From Lingula anatina (taxonomy: Eukaryota; Animalia; Brachiopoda): a stretch of 64,000 bases of DNA. The DNA lies in assembly GCA_051362555.1 (NCBI GenBank), contig CM120645.1, positions 11,160,001 to 11,224,000 of the forward strand, in the 5' to 3' direction. The notes beneath the pieces are model-generated. The model was not told the origin of the DNA. It ran no database searches and saw only the letters and a program-made list of their open reading frames with translations. The position numbers and the translations under genes were made by a program. Shown here piece after piece: positions 1 to 14,804 of this stretch. Position 1 is the first letter of the stretch, and each line of letters begins with the position of its first letter.

Positions 1-344
1 CTACCAATTCATGACAGTATTCTCTGCTGGAGAAAAGTGCACATAATTAACCTGTGGTCCTGGTAGAGGGTAAGGTCATAATGGTGGCGGTATGATAGAT
101 CCCCTATATTGCCGTCTGATAATGGTATCGGTAGGGGTGACCGCAAGAAGAGGACTCAAGAAACTTTTGTGTCAAAAGGAACTTCTGATCTCTCGTCTCT
201 TTCTCCCAGTTTTTAACCCGAGTTCAATATGGTTCGTGAAAGACCACCAGGACGAACAAAATCTCAATATATCATGACGCTATTCAATTATTTTTTAATG
301 TACTTCAAATACCGTTTGACAACCGATACTCAACATTGTGCAAG

Positions 345-348
<4 letters not shown>

Positions 349-378
<30 letters not shown>
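349..378. repeat. (TC)n microsatellite
   Basis: Read directly from the sequence. Confidence 0.95.
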
Positions 379-381
<3 letters not shown>

Positions 382-3300
382 CCACCTCTCTGTCTCGTTC
401 CATCTATACCTCATAAAATTCGCATCACAGCACCGCACTGTTTTCAACATATCAACACATGTCATAACTTACACATAGCTTTTTTACTAATATAAATATA
501 TTTTTGCACGAACATGAAATATTCGTGTCTTCCACTCACACCTAATAAAAAGCCCATGGAGCTCGTCATTACAACCTCACTATTCAAAAAACATATCAAA
601 CATGCCATCAGAAATGCGCCTTTAAGGTAAAGCATTATCCCTGTGTACAGTGTGTGTTACAAACTTTCCTTTCATAAACAAAAGGCTCCTGTTTACAATT
701 CATCCCACGAAGGAAAAAGTCACAACCGCTTTCTATTCAGAACCCCGTCCCGTTGAAATATACGTCTTTCATGGCTACACTATTCCTTTATGAGGATTCT
801 TTCTTAACCTCGTACCAAACCCGCATGCCTACAATGTCAATTTTACCCAGGGACATCGTGGGAACAAATATCAAAACACTGTTAAAACCGCTCATGTGTT
901 GCGGTACCTTGTGATCATAATGCACGTAGTGTTAAGGCGCAGTGGTGTAGTAGAACTTTGTGAATTTTTCGTGTCAGGTTCACGTCAGGTTTATCTAAAA
1001 TTAGTGACGTCATCATGCAGGATTCAAATAGGCACAAGGCAGGTTTCTGCGAGCTCTGGTCACCGGTTGAAGTGAATTATATCCATTACTTCCGCGATGA
1101 CGTCGTGCCTTAAAAACTAGCTCAGTGAAACGCTACGAAATGACCGTCTTCCAAAGCCAATTTGAATCAAACCAAGGAGGTATAGGGCTTCCTTGATCAA
1201 ACAAAGCCCGCATATTTGAACTAGAGTTTAATTTTAGCATTACTTCTACTAATAGGGTTTATGCATTGCATTACATAATACAGCAGACAGTGTCAAGTAC
1301 AGTCTCTCAGTGAGCTCCAGTAATACCGGGGTAATGCCCCCAAAGTGTCCCCAGATTTCACGTAATACCCACATATGTAGCTGTCTGTATTTGAGGAACA
1401 ATGTAAAACCCGGTGCAGGTTATTTAATATATACATACCAGGTATTTGCAATATACTCGATGACCCTTACAGTCGACTGCAGGGGTTCGATGGACCCGTA
1501 CAATAATTGGTAACGTGCTTTGTTACTGTTGCGTAATATCAAGCAATGATTTTGTGAGTGGGCATCAGAAAATGTACCACCCCTGGACGCATAAACTGGC
1601 CGCTGACACGTACATAAAGTTCAAACATACACACACACATACACACACACCAAGAGCAAGACGCTTTTGGATAAAATTTTACGAAGAATTCTGCTGGCAA
1701 TGAATATAAATCACGCTCGAATGCTGTCTGTCTGACCAATTACAAATACCTAGCAAGGACACCTTAATATTCAGAGACCTTACTCTCTAACATAATTCCA
1801 CGCAAATCACACTCTTACACTACATCTATATCGATTGGTATACATTTAAGGACCACTATTCAGTGGTCAAGAGTCTAGATCTGTGACAATACTTAGCATA
1901 GCTGCTAGATGTGGACATGTCCTTTCTGTAGACTTCCAGACCTAATATTTTACTCGCAGCAGGCGCGAGACTTAAACCTATTTGATTTCACATTTAATAC
2001 GTCGCATAGGTACTGGGTACATGTAGACAATGTCATAAAGTTTAGACATGCCTTGTCAAGGGTCGGGAAGAGTACAGTTTGTCGACTTTTGGTCTTAGTT
2101 AGCCCTGTGCTCTGACTGGTATTTATATATGACTGTAAGTGGCAGAAATGATGTCAATCGAAAGATAATATCTGCCCTCTGGCATTTTTGAAAGCCGTCG
2201 ATTGTCGGCACACAGGATTTATTTTACTATATGTCGAGTGAGACGGCAAATTAACTCTTTACAGAAAAAATGAGACCTTGGTTGATTGATTTTATTCCGT
2301 TTTGGTGACAATATCGATGGCCTTTCGATCCTTGATTAAGTAAATCCTATCAATTAATAAAAGTCTAATCGATTTACAATTTTTCAGATTTACACCATCG
2401 TTGCACATTGCCTGAAATATAAATCAATAATGAACTGAATTATAGCTTGCTATCTTGATTTCCGTAAACTAGAGACCGCTAGGTAAAACCCCCACTAAAA
2501 AGGGCATGACACTTTCCTCCATTTCAACAGGGAAGTTAAAATACCATTTAATGTCTTTGTAAAAAAACTGAATAGCATTTACTGTTAAAGGCCCTTGTTT
2601 TTTTCTGGCAAATGAATTATCAGTAGCAAAATATTCAGTAAGCTCCGTTACAATTTTTATTGGCCTAGGTTGGACTTATTGGCATAACATTCAATTTTGT
2701 CGGAAGATTTTTGGGTGTATTGGCTTTAGTTATATATAGTTACTTGTACATGTTGGTATCTTTGCAGCAGAAAACGTTTTAACGACAAACATTACAAATT
2801 ACGTGTGCCACAGGTGTGTGTTTGTTTAAAATACAATATATTTTTCTTGAATAAATATTTCAAAAAATAATCGACTCTGACTAACAAATAAAATGCATAA
2901 TATCACGCAAAACGACAACAACAAAAACAAAAATACAACGACGCTTTCAATGATTACCTCCCTCAAATTATCGATGACCTGCATGTCAAAAGGTCATAAA
3001 AAAGAGGCGTTGTTTTCATTACAAAAGAAAACAGATCTTGCAGTTACGATTATTAAGTGAGTCAACATTCCTTTTACATTTATTATTTTGCGTTTCAATA
3101 CTTCCTGGGTTCGTCATGAGATAAAAATGCTCTGTAAAGTCAGGTACCTGAAAGAATCGACATTAAGCCTTGAGGGGTGCTGTTTCTTTTCACTCAGGGA
3201 GAAGTATTTTTCCTTTATTACTTCCTAATACTAAATTTTATTATCTCGATACGTAACGTGCTTTTTCAATGGCGCCGCCAAGTCAAGAAACACACCATAA

Positions 3301-6300
3301 ACACTTCCCCAGTGACGTTTTTCACTAAACCTTACAGCTTCCCTGTATTTGAGTAAATATTTCACTGTGGATATGGTCCTTTCGCATTTGATTTTTATCT
3401 CATAATGCCTCTGTTACGAATAACTTATTTTACCGTGGAAAGAGATACTCCAATAATACTAGGCATTATTTTGGTGTTATTCACACAAAACTCTGATAGT
3501 ATGGGATCGACGCCTCCGGACACATCTACACAATGATATCACGGAGCTTTAAATTTGCTTTGATTTTCGCCGACGTCGACAAGTACTGGGACATCAGATT
3601 TACTGAAAAACTACTGGTGAAGTGTGAGAAAAACACGCACTTAAAATATTACATATGTTATGATCATGTTTTATTTACTGTATGAGAGAGATTAAAGCTT
3701 TGCATTCGTTTTTGTTGAATTATTCACCGTTTTTGCCAGGAACACCACCAAACCGTGTAAAATGGTGGTTTTCCTGAATTTGAAATAATGATGACCTGTA
3801 TTACAAACATAAATGAGAACAAATTCACGACTTAAAACCTGAAACGAATAAATCATGTCTCGGGCTATTATATATTACAGACTGGTTATAACAACTGAAA
3901 TAATTTTACCCTTCGAAAAGACTGAGAGAAATAGTGCCTAATAATGCAATAGTTCACTCTTTAACGTATAGAAAAGGTATAATTTCAACGCTCATGTTGA
4001 GGTTCTCAACGCCACGCATCGATGCGCACCCAGTTTAACAAAAGAAGAATGCCTTTTTTAACTTTTAAGACTATCATTTGTAACAATTAGAGACAATCTT
4101 GCCCTAAACAGGACAACAATAATACCAGAATCACTCCTTTACAACAATACCTGTATACATTTCACCGGCGGGGACCCTTTAACCCGACAAAAAAGATATC
4201 AAATTAAGTCAAGAGATAGGGTGTTATTTTGAACGCTAAGAAATCCTTGCTGAACAAAGCTTTAAGGACGTTTTTTCTTGGTTCCTTAAACAGGGATAAA
4301 AGCCATGGCAAGGCGTCCCTGTCTCTAGACAGTGAATCAGTTCTAAGGATAAAGTAGAGCTTTAAAATAGAACCTTATACAAGGATATGATAGGCGTTAT
4401 TAAGGTTAAGGTTGGTGTTGGCTATTTCACTTTTATATATGTAGTTCCTAGAAAAATAAAACGTTCTTCGAATAAAAAGATCCAAGTACACTGAATGCTA
4501 AAAAAATTGCCTTGTAACTTTCCCAACAATTTTCATCCAGTGTAATAATTTGAGCACCGTATTTGACTGACAGCGATTGTGCAGGAAGTGCACTTGGAAA
4601 AACTTAATGTTGGTTTACCGTCTGGTATCTGATAATATTTGAACGAACGTCTATCTTGTCATGACATTTACTTAGTCTGCCATTTGTTCTGTGAAGTATA
4701 GGCTATTTGAAGTCTACATAAAAATATATTTCAGTTTTCTTTGTGCTAACAAACCAAGGACGTATATTCAATATACGTCCTTGTAACAAACCCAGTACAA
4801 TTCTTCTGACGTACATGTAATATGAGGTAGAGTTTCAACTGAGATCCCAGTTTCTACGAACGAACGCATCTGTTGAGAAATCGCCCTAAGTGCTCTATAA
4901 AAACTGGTTGGACTTTTGTCGCACTGTTCACTTACCCCTGTACGACAACAATTAAGTAATCGTGGTCTTTAAAAGCATTTTGTCGTTCTCATGTCGTCAG
5001 GTGACACATTAAACCTTCATGCAACCAATCATTAAGAACACGAAGACTGATATTTGCTGTAAGGGGAATCAATCACAGAAATACGCCACTTGGAATTTGA
5101 AATAAATCTTTCATATGATAGCATTTAAATCAGTGCATCATGCGACTTGCAGACATTACTAAACCATTGATTTAGTATAGTGATTCAGATTGGCATTTCC
5201 TGGTCTAGGTTAAGGTTTTGTTTCTTTTCTCTTTTTATATCGTATAATCTAGGCCCTAGGTTCTTTTAAATTTCTTTTGTTAACTCGCTGTGTTTTGAAA
5301 ATGTACATACTGTACTGCAGTCAAAGGGGTAACCCGCAAAGCAATGTATTTACGAATCTATAAAATGGCACAGAAGATGAGCAGAGGACAAAGACATCTG
5401 TTTATAGTTGCCACAAGGCATATATCAGTCACACAAAATACTTGAGATCAAATAATTCGTCTGTTCATCACGAAAACTTGGCTTCGCATAGTGCTTTTGT
5501 TTGTGTCAAGCGTTTGCCCTACGCTTTTATTCGTGTCATTTGTACATGTGTTGAATTAGATCACCATACATCTATGTTAGTGTTCTGCAGGAGTCTGTAA
5601 TTTAGAAAATACCTGTTTCCTGACACATTAGCCTTACAGTTGTACATCTACATGTGATATGACACTACCCGATAGCTTAATCTAAGATCTAATATACCAT
5701 TTATTAGATCTTAGGCTTAATAGACTAATTTGCGTTGCCGGAGGATTTTCCGTTACAACCTCTAATATTGGGGTGATATCATAGAAACTTTTGTTTCACA
5801 TCCCATACGTTTAACGTCAATGACGGATCCACCTAAAGGACTGCTCTTCCTCAGGGGCATTCATGAAAATTACTAAATTATATAAACTCTAATGTGAGTG
5901 TGTAAGAGGAAGAGAGGGAAGGAATGGAGAGGCGAGCGTCGCTTTACGCTGCGGTGTCATTTCCATCTCAGCATCATTTTCATGTTTTTCAAGGATTTTT
6001 TTAAAATCGTTGTTGATAACAATTCATTTTCTCAAAGGTAGCACTATTTAGTCATTTTAAAAGTATACAAATATCAAGTATACTGCAGTGTAGCATGGAT
6101 GGAATGGCATCACAATCACCAATAATGACAATAAAAATGTGAAACCTGAAAATCGTATAACTTTACTCTTTCATAAGATTGGACCTAAAATATGTTTACT
6201 ACGATCCGAGCGTCTACTCGAAATAAAAGTGTGTATAAAAAGGATCTTCTAATATAGTCTACCACTAACCATGTATTCAATATGTGCCTGAGGGGGTGGG

Positions 6301-9300
6301 TGTGACGTCAGATACAGGTGCACGAGGCCACATATTTAAGTAGTCATTACTCACACTTAGGAATGCGAGGGCAAGGCGACGCCGTACCACTGGGGATAGG
6401 AGTACAGCAGAGAACGCTACCTTCTCTATTAAAAGCATATTATGATGAAGTGAAACGATAAGATAAAAACGGCAATGCCATACATTGTTCGGCGTGTCTT
6501 GTTGGGTCAGGAGATCAATTGTTGGCGTTTATCGGGTGTAATTTGGACACCACTCCCCGTCATTACATTAACCGCGCGTCCGCCCGGTTAGCGGCTAAAT
6601 TTATTAGAGCATTTCCAAGTTTGACTGAAATTCACCGTGTCTATTTCAGTCTTATACGCTGATTTAGTAATGAAGTTTTCTTACCCCGTCAACGGATTTT
6701 GTTAACACACAAGTTTTAAAAACACCGGGAAGAGTATGTATTGTAATAGTCTGGTCAAGGGGTCATATCACGACAATAAAACCAACGGTCGTATTTGGAC
6801 AAGCGTTTCCTTTTATACTTGAGCCCAAAATTATTTGTATTCCTATTTTGACCAGCAATGGTCATTCAAAATAAATACGAATGTAATACGTAAAACATTT
6901 TGGGTACGTCAAAATATTTGACGGGCTGTGACATTATGTATGTCATAATGCAGAGCCTGTCCGGCACATTAAGCAGTGCACAATGGGATTTCGGTGGGTG
7001 GTTAAATGTTTTGTCTGGCCAAATCATAATGGTCATTTCGAGTATCAAATATACTGCAAATGTGCGCTACAGGATGCCTGCACAATGTGTCTGGGTTGTT
7101 AAATGAAGGTATGACGAGAAATGACAATAATGATAGAAATAAGAGAAATGACAGATACCACAAGCATTATCGTATTACTACAGTGTAGGCGGGTTGAGGT
7201 GTATAAAAGAATGCTGCAAAAATCTACATTTGTGACCACATTATAAAACGCATTTTACCAAAACAGGGTGAACAATTTTATAATCTACAAAGTTCCCAGA
7301 AATTTAACATGCCAAACCTTAGAACTGCGAGATCCTCAAAATCTTTCATTCCCAGGGTGATTCCATCTTTAAAGAAAATTTATGATTTTAGGAGCTGCAT
7401 TGATAAATTTCAATTTTATCTTGTTCTTGAAAATGATTTTAAAAAAAATATTTGATGCCCTTATACTGTTATAATTTTAGTATTATAAATGTACTGGTAT
7501 CATCCAAATTCAAATTGTACAATTGAATATTATCGTTTTATTACAAGGGGTTTTTGTTTCTGTACTGAGTGCAGTATACTGTATATAGGCAATTGTGAGG
7601 ATACTTGGACTAGCTTTAAAGTCTCTCCTGGTACTTTATGCACGAAGAGGGACAATGTACTTGTTCTCTATCAGGTGGGCGATGACGTCATTGGTGTAAT
7701 TCTGTGCAAAAATTCTCGCTGCGCATAATTAACTACGGTAATATTTGTGAATATGTAGTGGAAAATACTCTTTCTGTGGCCTTGGTAAAGGGTATACGGG
7801 TAAATGTAGCTGGGCAAACCCAGGGAAACACTTTAGGTTTTAAATTAAGGCCAAACAAGGAAAACGTGACACGCTGATACAGAGTGAAAGATATCCTACA
7901 AACGTGATACAAACGTCTTAATTTCAAGTGTCGTACATACGGGCTTATATTTCTATTACTGGTATGCCAAACCTCTGTGTATGCTCTACTGCGTTTATAT
8001 TCACCCCACAGTACTGGAATTGAATGGATTCACAAAATGGCAATAATGTTTACATTTATGCCACCGATATAGAACTGCCATTATAGTAACGTGTGTATTT
8101 CTCTTGCACCATTGCCCTCAAGTGTTATCTAGATCTCGCAACTCTGTAACGAATGTAATAATTACACGAGAAATATTATGATTATTCAATTGTTGTCTTG
8201 CAGGTGATCCAAATTTAAACAGAAACCGTCTGTGGGCGGAATACGAAAAGGAGAAAATAGGTGAATTTATTGAACTGAGAGGCGACCATTCTTCTCAATC
8301 AAGACATTCTGTGGCACAAAGGAGGTTTTCATTGTGTTATTCTTTCTTTCTGGGAGAAGAATAGATTTGCCGGTTAAGGTGATAGGTTGAGGTCAAATTT
8401 GAACAAGGTACGGTTACAGCCACAGTATAGGCTTATACATGTATAACTGGGCTATAGAGGGAAAGACCCCAATGAGGACCCAGACCAGTGGTATTTTTCT
8501 TCGTGCCTGTATTTCCCCCATTGTGCATTACACTGGTACACTTCTCTTACGTTATACCCACCCTCTACCAGGGCCACAGATTGACTTTTCACAGAATATT
8601 CACAGATATGCCTTTAGATAAATAGACGGTCATTGGTTTTCCCCATTTTTCCCTATATAATCTGCCACCCTGGTAAAGGGTACGTTATACCAACATTTCT
8701 GTCATTAATGGGTGTGAAGAAAGTTCACCAGACCACCCCAGTCGTGTGGTGGAAATTCGAGGGCCAGTGTTTTTATTTCTTCTTTTTTGTCTGTCAGGAT
8801 TTGTGGTCTGAGAGTGGACAGCCGATAGCTCGAGAGATAGAAAGCGGAGTGGCCAAGTCCCACTTCCTAACCCTCCCACACCCGTGTCTCTGAAAGCGGT
8901 CATCTTCTTCTTTTCTTAATGCCTTTCATGTGGTACTATCGAACTTTTGTTCGAAAAGGGCTTTTCTTGAACTCATCCCTCAAATTTGTTTGTGGGCACA
9001 TGTTTTATTATTATCATTACTATTATTATTATTATTATAGTATAAATTCCGAAAACCTATCACGGTGAGTCGTCGATGGAATGACGTGTGGGCTTGCATT
9101 CGATACACACTTTATAAAGAAAACATTGTTAACGTCGCGTGCTTTTTATCACGTTTACTACACATAAAACCATGTCCAATCTGGTCTTGTTGTTGAACTA
9201 TTGACAATAATCTTTCTTGTGTAAATAAATCTTTACTTCAAAAATGACCATTTCTTCATGTCAGGATGAAATCGCTGACCAGGGCAAATCTTTTCCCAAA

Positions 9301-9628
9301 TCAATTAAACCAATAGAAATTCCAATACGGGAGAAGGCGGAAGCTTTCTGATAAGGAACAACTAACAACAGGGTGTTGCAGTGTTTACTTTTCGCAGTCA
9401 GAAAATAATTCAATTTTGATTGATAAAAGTGGCCCACGATTTTTAGGATCAAGCCGTTAAAACCGTCATGCGTATCAATTCACATTATATTTAATTTTCA
9501 AAGCGGTCCTTGCTTTAGTTATGGATTTTACATACATGTCAGGGTATTTTTGAATTGCGTTTTCAAGTTTTAAAATACTGGATTATAAAATCTCACTCAG
9601 CCAAAAACAACATTTGTGTGAATGTGTG

Positions 9629-9631
<3 letters not shown>

Positions 9632-9665
<34 letters not shown>

Positions 9666-9708
9666 TAGAGTAGATGCTTGTGCACATACACATATCATAA
9701 ATGCCTGA

Positions 9709-9778
<70 letters not shown>
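9632..9778. repeat. (GA)n and (AT)n microsatellites
   Basis: Read directly from the sequence. Confidence 0.95.
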
Positions 9779-9781
<3 letters not shown>

Positions 9782-11035
9782 TTTCAACGTCCTCTACAGG
9801 GAAGATGATGGGGTAAGAAGATGGGGGAGGGGGGGTCTTTCCTTCCGCCTCTATCAACCCGAAGCCTGTAATAAACCGTAAACGTTCGTCCCACCATCAC
9901 TATTAAAGACATTATAATCACCCATGTTGTACGGTGTTATATGGAGCCTAGGGAAATGTGTGGTTATCAGGGGGGGCATCACCCCAAGGGCCTGGCCCCG
10001 CCCACTTCACACTCAACACATAGACAGATAGCTGGTACCTTTGTGGTGGACCTCGAGATTTAGCATGTGATAGTTCCCATTTCCTTTCCCTGTATAATAA
10101 TCTGCAGTTATTTGTATTGTACGTATTTGAAACTATGCATTCCCGTGTTTTCAGGTGCCATAACGTGAGATTGCTGATAACATCACGAACGATATATCAT
10201 CGTAGCTGGCGGAATATTTTGTCAACAACCCATTTTTGTAGTATGGGATACCTATACCAAATATTTGCGTGTACTTCACATAGGAAATTCTCAGAGTCGA
10301 AAAGATGATGCGAATAATTAATACTGAATATCCGGGTTTTATCTCTCGTCTCTAACAGTGACCCTTCTGCTTCGTTATTTGCAAATATGGTATATGGCAC
10401 ATGTACGTAGATCTTTCGTGATTCGAACAAGTTACCACGTACGTTGCTACTACTGAAGTTGTTGTTTAAAAGGGCTTACAGATCAAGCAAACTTAAAAAA
10501 AGATCTCACATTTTATTTGTGTTACTTTTTCGCTTTTTTTTCTTTTATCACAGGGAATAAAAAACACGCCTGGGCAGGAGGTCACAGCCACTTTGTAAAA
10601 ACTACCATTGGCACTCTGCTTGTACACGAAATCTGTGGCCAGTTAAAAGTAATAGCCGTTAATTTGACCAAAGGCAATCAGCTGATCGATGTTATTGGTA
10701 TTGGAATGGCCACATTGGCTCGAATGTTTTATTCAGATAGCCAAGAATGGGTTCAGCCACCATCTTATTGTAGGTCGTCCATTTTAATGGCAAAGCAATA
10801 CTTATGCCCTTAGGGTAAGATATTATTGTCAGATAAATACGGTAGACTGTGACTTGATGCATATTTTGAAAATTTTATCTAGTCACATCAAAAATGGAAA
10901 CGTTATTAACTGATTCTCAATTGTTGCTATTAGGGTGTATCCCTTAGATATTAAAAATCACATGTGTATACTCAGTACAAGGACTAGGGTGTGGTATATA
11001 GGGAATACCTGTTCTGTCAACTGAGTGGATCTTAC

Positions 11036-11182
11036 CTTAATCTTGTTGACAATCTCTGGATTCTCCGTCACATCTCTGTGTATTCCCACCACGAGGCCTT
11101 TGTAACCGTTATTAACCAACGTCACTTTGCTCTTTCTAGCGTCCGCGGCGAGAAACGCCGTGGTAAGTAACAAGAAAATCAT
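11036..11182 (-). CDS. CLCA: First coding exon of a calcium-activated chloride channel regulator (CLCA) family gene; no later exons identified in the window
   Basis: Encodes MIFLLLTTAFLAADARKSKVTLVNNGYKGLVVGIHRDVTENPEIVNKIK: a signal peptide plus the CLCA N-terminal L-N-N-G-Y-x-G-x-V-x-I motif. It ends at a phase-0 donor AAG|GTAAGA. An alternative upstream ATG lies at 11236. Confidence 0.85.
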
Positions 11183-11254
11183 AGTCACACGTGTACTGGT
11201 AGATATCCGCCTTGTCGTAGTCCCCCTCCAAGACATTGTTGTGACTTTCCCTCT

Positions 11255-11272
11255 CTTTATACAGTTTATACA
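11255..11272 (-). promoter_or_regulatory. Two tandem TATAAA boxes upstream of the CLCA exon
   Basis: The minus strand reads CTGTATAAACTGTATAAAGAG about 75-90 nt upstream of the ATG at 11182. Confidence 0.35.
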
Positions 11273-13004
11273 GTGTGTCCACATTGTCCGTGTTTGTACA
11301 CACTCCCGATCAATACATCCGTCGGGACCCTTCAGTCCAAGGCGACTGTCGCCTTAATCACGTCTCACTTCAGTATGGGTAACAGGTTAACGCTAGAACG
11401 TAACGTATTCACTCTCGCCCCACCTCTCCCTTGCAGCTATTTTACATGTACACCGATTTTATGTTAAAGTGTCGGATTCGCTAGGCTGACTGAACCATAC
11501 GGGCGTTCTCGCACAGTACTTATTTCTGTCAGTTTAAGTGGGCTATTCTCTAACCTGTCAGTCAAGCGTTCATAAGCCAATCTGCCCACTTGGTGTTTCA
11601 TTCCGCTGCCGTGACTCGCTAAGGATCATTGTCGTAAATCTCAATTGATTGTTTTACGCCGCTAGAGGGCGTTTGAGAAAAGTAACGTTTCACGTCTCGT
11701 GAATAAGCACGGAGTTAAAATTTAGGGGAAAAGGGGTCATTTTTGAAGCAAAGGATTTAAGAAAGTGAAAGGAGTTTGTCAAACTACATGTAACAAGCAT
11801 ATGAGTAAAATCACAATGCAAAACCTAGGCCAAATCAATTTCAATTGATTTTGTTAGGAAATGTGCATATTTGTATAGTTCTTTTATTTACACTTTGAGA
11901 AATTTTAACATACCAAAACAATAATAACGCTGTATTCATAATTATTTGATATGCTTTGCAAAAGAGCTGCCACACCCTCTATCAAACAAAGGCCTTTGCA
12001 AATGGCACCTACAACTTGAATTGATATTCAAACTGAATTACGCAAAAAGTCTTTTGGCCATTTCATTTACAGTATAACATCAAAATGACCATGCTCCCAA
12101 AAGAAAATAACCAATGAAAATGTCGATATGCACAGCCAACTAAACAATTGTATGGCCTAGACATTTCTGTGTAGGGTGGATGTATGTTGTTTCATTCAGC
12201 CAGTCAGCTCTAGAATACAAACAAGAAATAACCCCCAATAAATAGGCCTATACAAATTTCACAGGAGTTCGACTTCGGCGTGACGTGAATTACAAAAAAA
12301 TACTTGGACTTTCTGTTATAGCATAAAGCAATGATATGAATATGAATTCCAATTGCCCAAGCCCCAGCCAATGAACTTGACAGAATCAACACAATGATGG
12401 AGCGCCACGTAGGAAGCATTGTGTACAAACCCCTGTTTTATGTCAACATTGACATTTTTTCACTTGGCGGCTACGTGTATTGTACTGTCAAATGTCCCTA
12501 TATCGATTTCATAAATATGTTAGTTTGGAGGGTGGGCGCGGTGCGACAGGATTACTCTCATAATGACTGAAAATACTGAATCTACAGATAAAGATATGTG
12601 TAATAGCTATTATGAGTTGTTTTATATGTCTAAGACATTAAAGGGAAAGGCATAGTCAACTTCAAAAATGAATAGTTCTTTCATTCGCAACGTATCGACA
12701 CCATCTATTTAATACACTTAGCGCAAATGTTTTCTGTGGTGTGCGCTTATAACATTTATGTCATCAAAAATAATAATTCATATGAGAATTTGAGGCATCC
12801 ATGTTTACGCAATACACTGACCACTTTAAAGGTTAGGTGCTTTTGAGATTATTTAAACCTTTTTGAAGTCGTGACCGATACAGGGACCGATCCTTGCGCA
12901 TACCAATTAATGCTTTTAGGGGCAATATACACCCTCGAACTCCAGTTAGTCATGAGATTTCAAAGACTTTCATCACTGATAGAATATGGTCACATTTGAC
13001 ATCA

Positions 13005-13565
13005 AGGCCACATTCCCATCCGACACCATCGGTCCACGTGGATCGACCCAACTCCGCGGACACTCACGCTGAATGCAATCAGTTTAACGATTTATCGTGT
13101 GACCTCCTTGCGTTAGTCAGAATACAGAAAAGCCGGGCCCAGTTTTATAAAGGACGTTTAGCACTAACCAGTGTTTAACTTTAACCAGTGGATAAATTCT
13201 CCTAAACCCCGTTAACTAAACGACGGATGAAATTGTGTTTCATAAACAGTGTTTAAACAGACCGTTGCTTAATTTACCTTTAAATAATTATTTTATCCAG
13301 TTAAACACTGGCCAGTTAACTAATTGGCTATTTGAACACTGTGTATGAAACACAATTTAACCATCTTTTAGTTAATGGGTGTTAGGAGAATTTATCCACT
13401 GGTTAGTGCTAAACGTCCTTTATAAAACTGGGCCCTGGTGATTATATGCGAATGCGTTGAAACAAGAAGAGATGTGTCATTCAGTTAAGCTGATTGCACT
13501 CGGCGAGTGTCCCCGCAGAGTAGGGTGGAGCCACGTAGACCGATCGTGTCTATGGGAATAGGGTC
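13005..13565. mobile_element. Nested MITEs: a palindromic Harbinger-type element (13136-13434) inside an older TIR element
   Basis: Inner TIR GGCCCAGTTTTATAAAGGACGTTTAGCACTAACCAGTG with CCG/CTG flanks. Outer arms ATTCCCAT..ATCGGTCCACGTGG / CCACGTAGACCGAT..ATGGGAAT. Confidence 0.75.
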
Positions 13566-14578
13566 TATAAGAAACAGAAAACGTTTAATGTGATAAGTGG
13601 AAATTTATGTGATGCCGGCTGGCACTAAGATGAAACAGTCACAATGCAGGCGTAGTGAGTGACTGATGCTTTAATAATTTAATGGTATAATTTACGAATA
13701 AACGTAAAAAATTAATGGGATATTCTAATGGCACGACATTTAGAATTGCTGCAACCTATTTTGTCCTTTAGCCATTTTTATCAATCTAACTATTGATAGG
13801 TTAAGTTAGGCCATGCGATTATTTTTAGCTTTATTGATCTTTATAATTGAACAAAATCACCTCAACATAGAATAGAGTGCTGATTTAAACCTATCATTGT
13901 TAGTTAAAAGTCACTTTACAAAATCATGTTGAATGCATCGTTTTCCGATGGCGGCTATGTTGTTAATGTCACGGTGTTTTATACGACGCCAGATAAAAAC
14001 CGGAACGCGCTGCCGGTATTTGATGCAGGTGTGGTTAATTTTGCGGTTAAAATTTTGGAGAAAATCATAAAAAAACGGGAAGATATATCAGTGAAACAAA
14101 GGGCGTCAACAGCGGCCAAGAATGGACGAGCGACGCGAGAAGTCTTAATCTGACACGATTATCAATCGCGCCAGACCGTGGCTGATACTTTGCCCTTTTT
14201 TATAAACATACTCATATTTTTAAATAATGTCATTAAATATGTTATGAAAATCTCAGTGATTTGAAAGGAAGATCATTTGTCCCATGCCCAGTGAACAAAC
14301 ATAAAAGATTGGAGAAAATAAAGTCTAGATATCTAATTGATAAAATTTTAGATAAAGGATCGTCGCGCGTCAAGCGTTCGTAATTTATTACGACGGAAAC
14401 TGTTAAGTATCTGCTAGTGCGGACCTCTGACCACTAGAATTATCTTAAATAAAATCACCCCGTGGATCATCCAGATTCATAACCTTTGCCCATTACAGGT
14501 GGTCGCACGGTACATTAAGCAGAAGCATTAATTTTGTTTATATTGTTTTTATTGATATCATCCAAAAGAGAAGATTTA

Positions 14579-14804
14579 GACCCCATTTCCATAGATTTTT
14601 ACATCGATCTATCCCTGTGGGGAGTCTCACTAGATTACTGTCAGCTTAGCCGGCTTAAGCGTCTGTCCCGCCTACTAAAAGCTGTAAGGGGGTAATTAAC
14701 TATGGTGCGCGCTCGACTGACTGCAATTTAGCGTGAACCCCCAGGGAGCTAGGTCGATCTAAATCTAAATCTCTGGATCGATCTAAATCTCTGGGAATGC
14801 ACCC
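14579..14804. mobile_element. ~225-bp MITE family, copy 1
   Basis: GACCCCATTTCC...GGGAATGCACCC with TSD TTA and GATCGATCT motifs. Four copies in the window. Confidence 0.8.

Noticed and set aside
9597-9881. ORFs with (IY)n or (SL)n runs
   Set aside because: They are translations of microsatellites.
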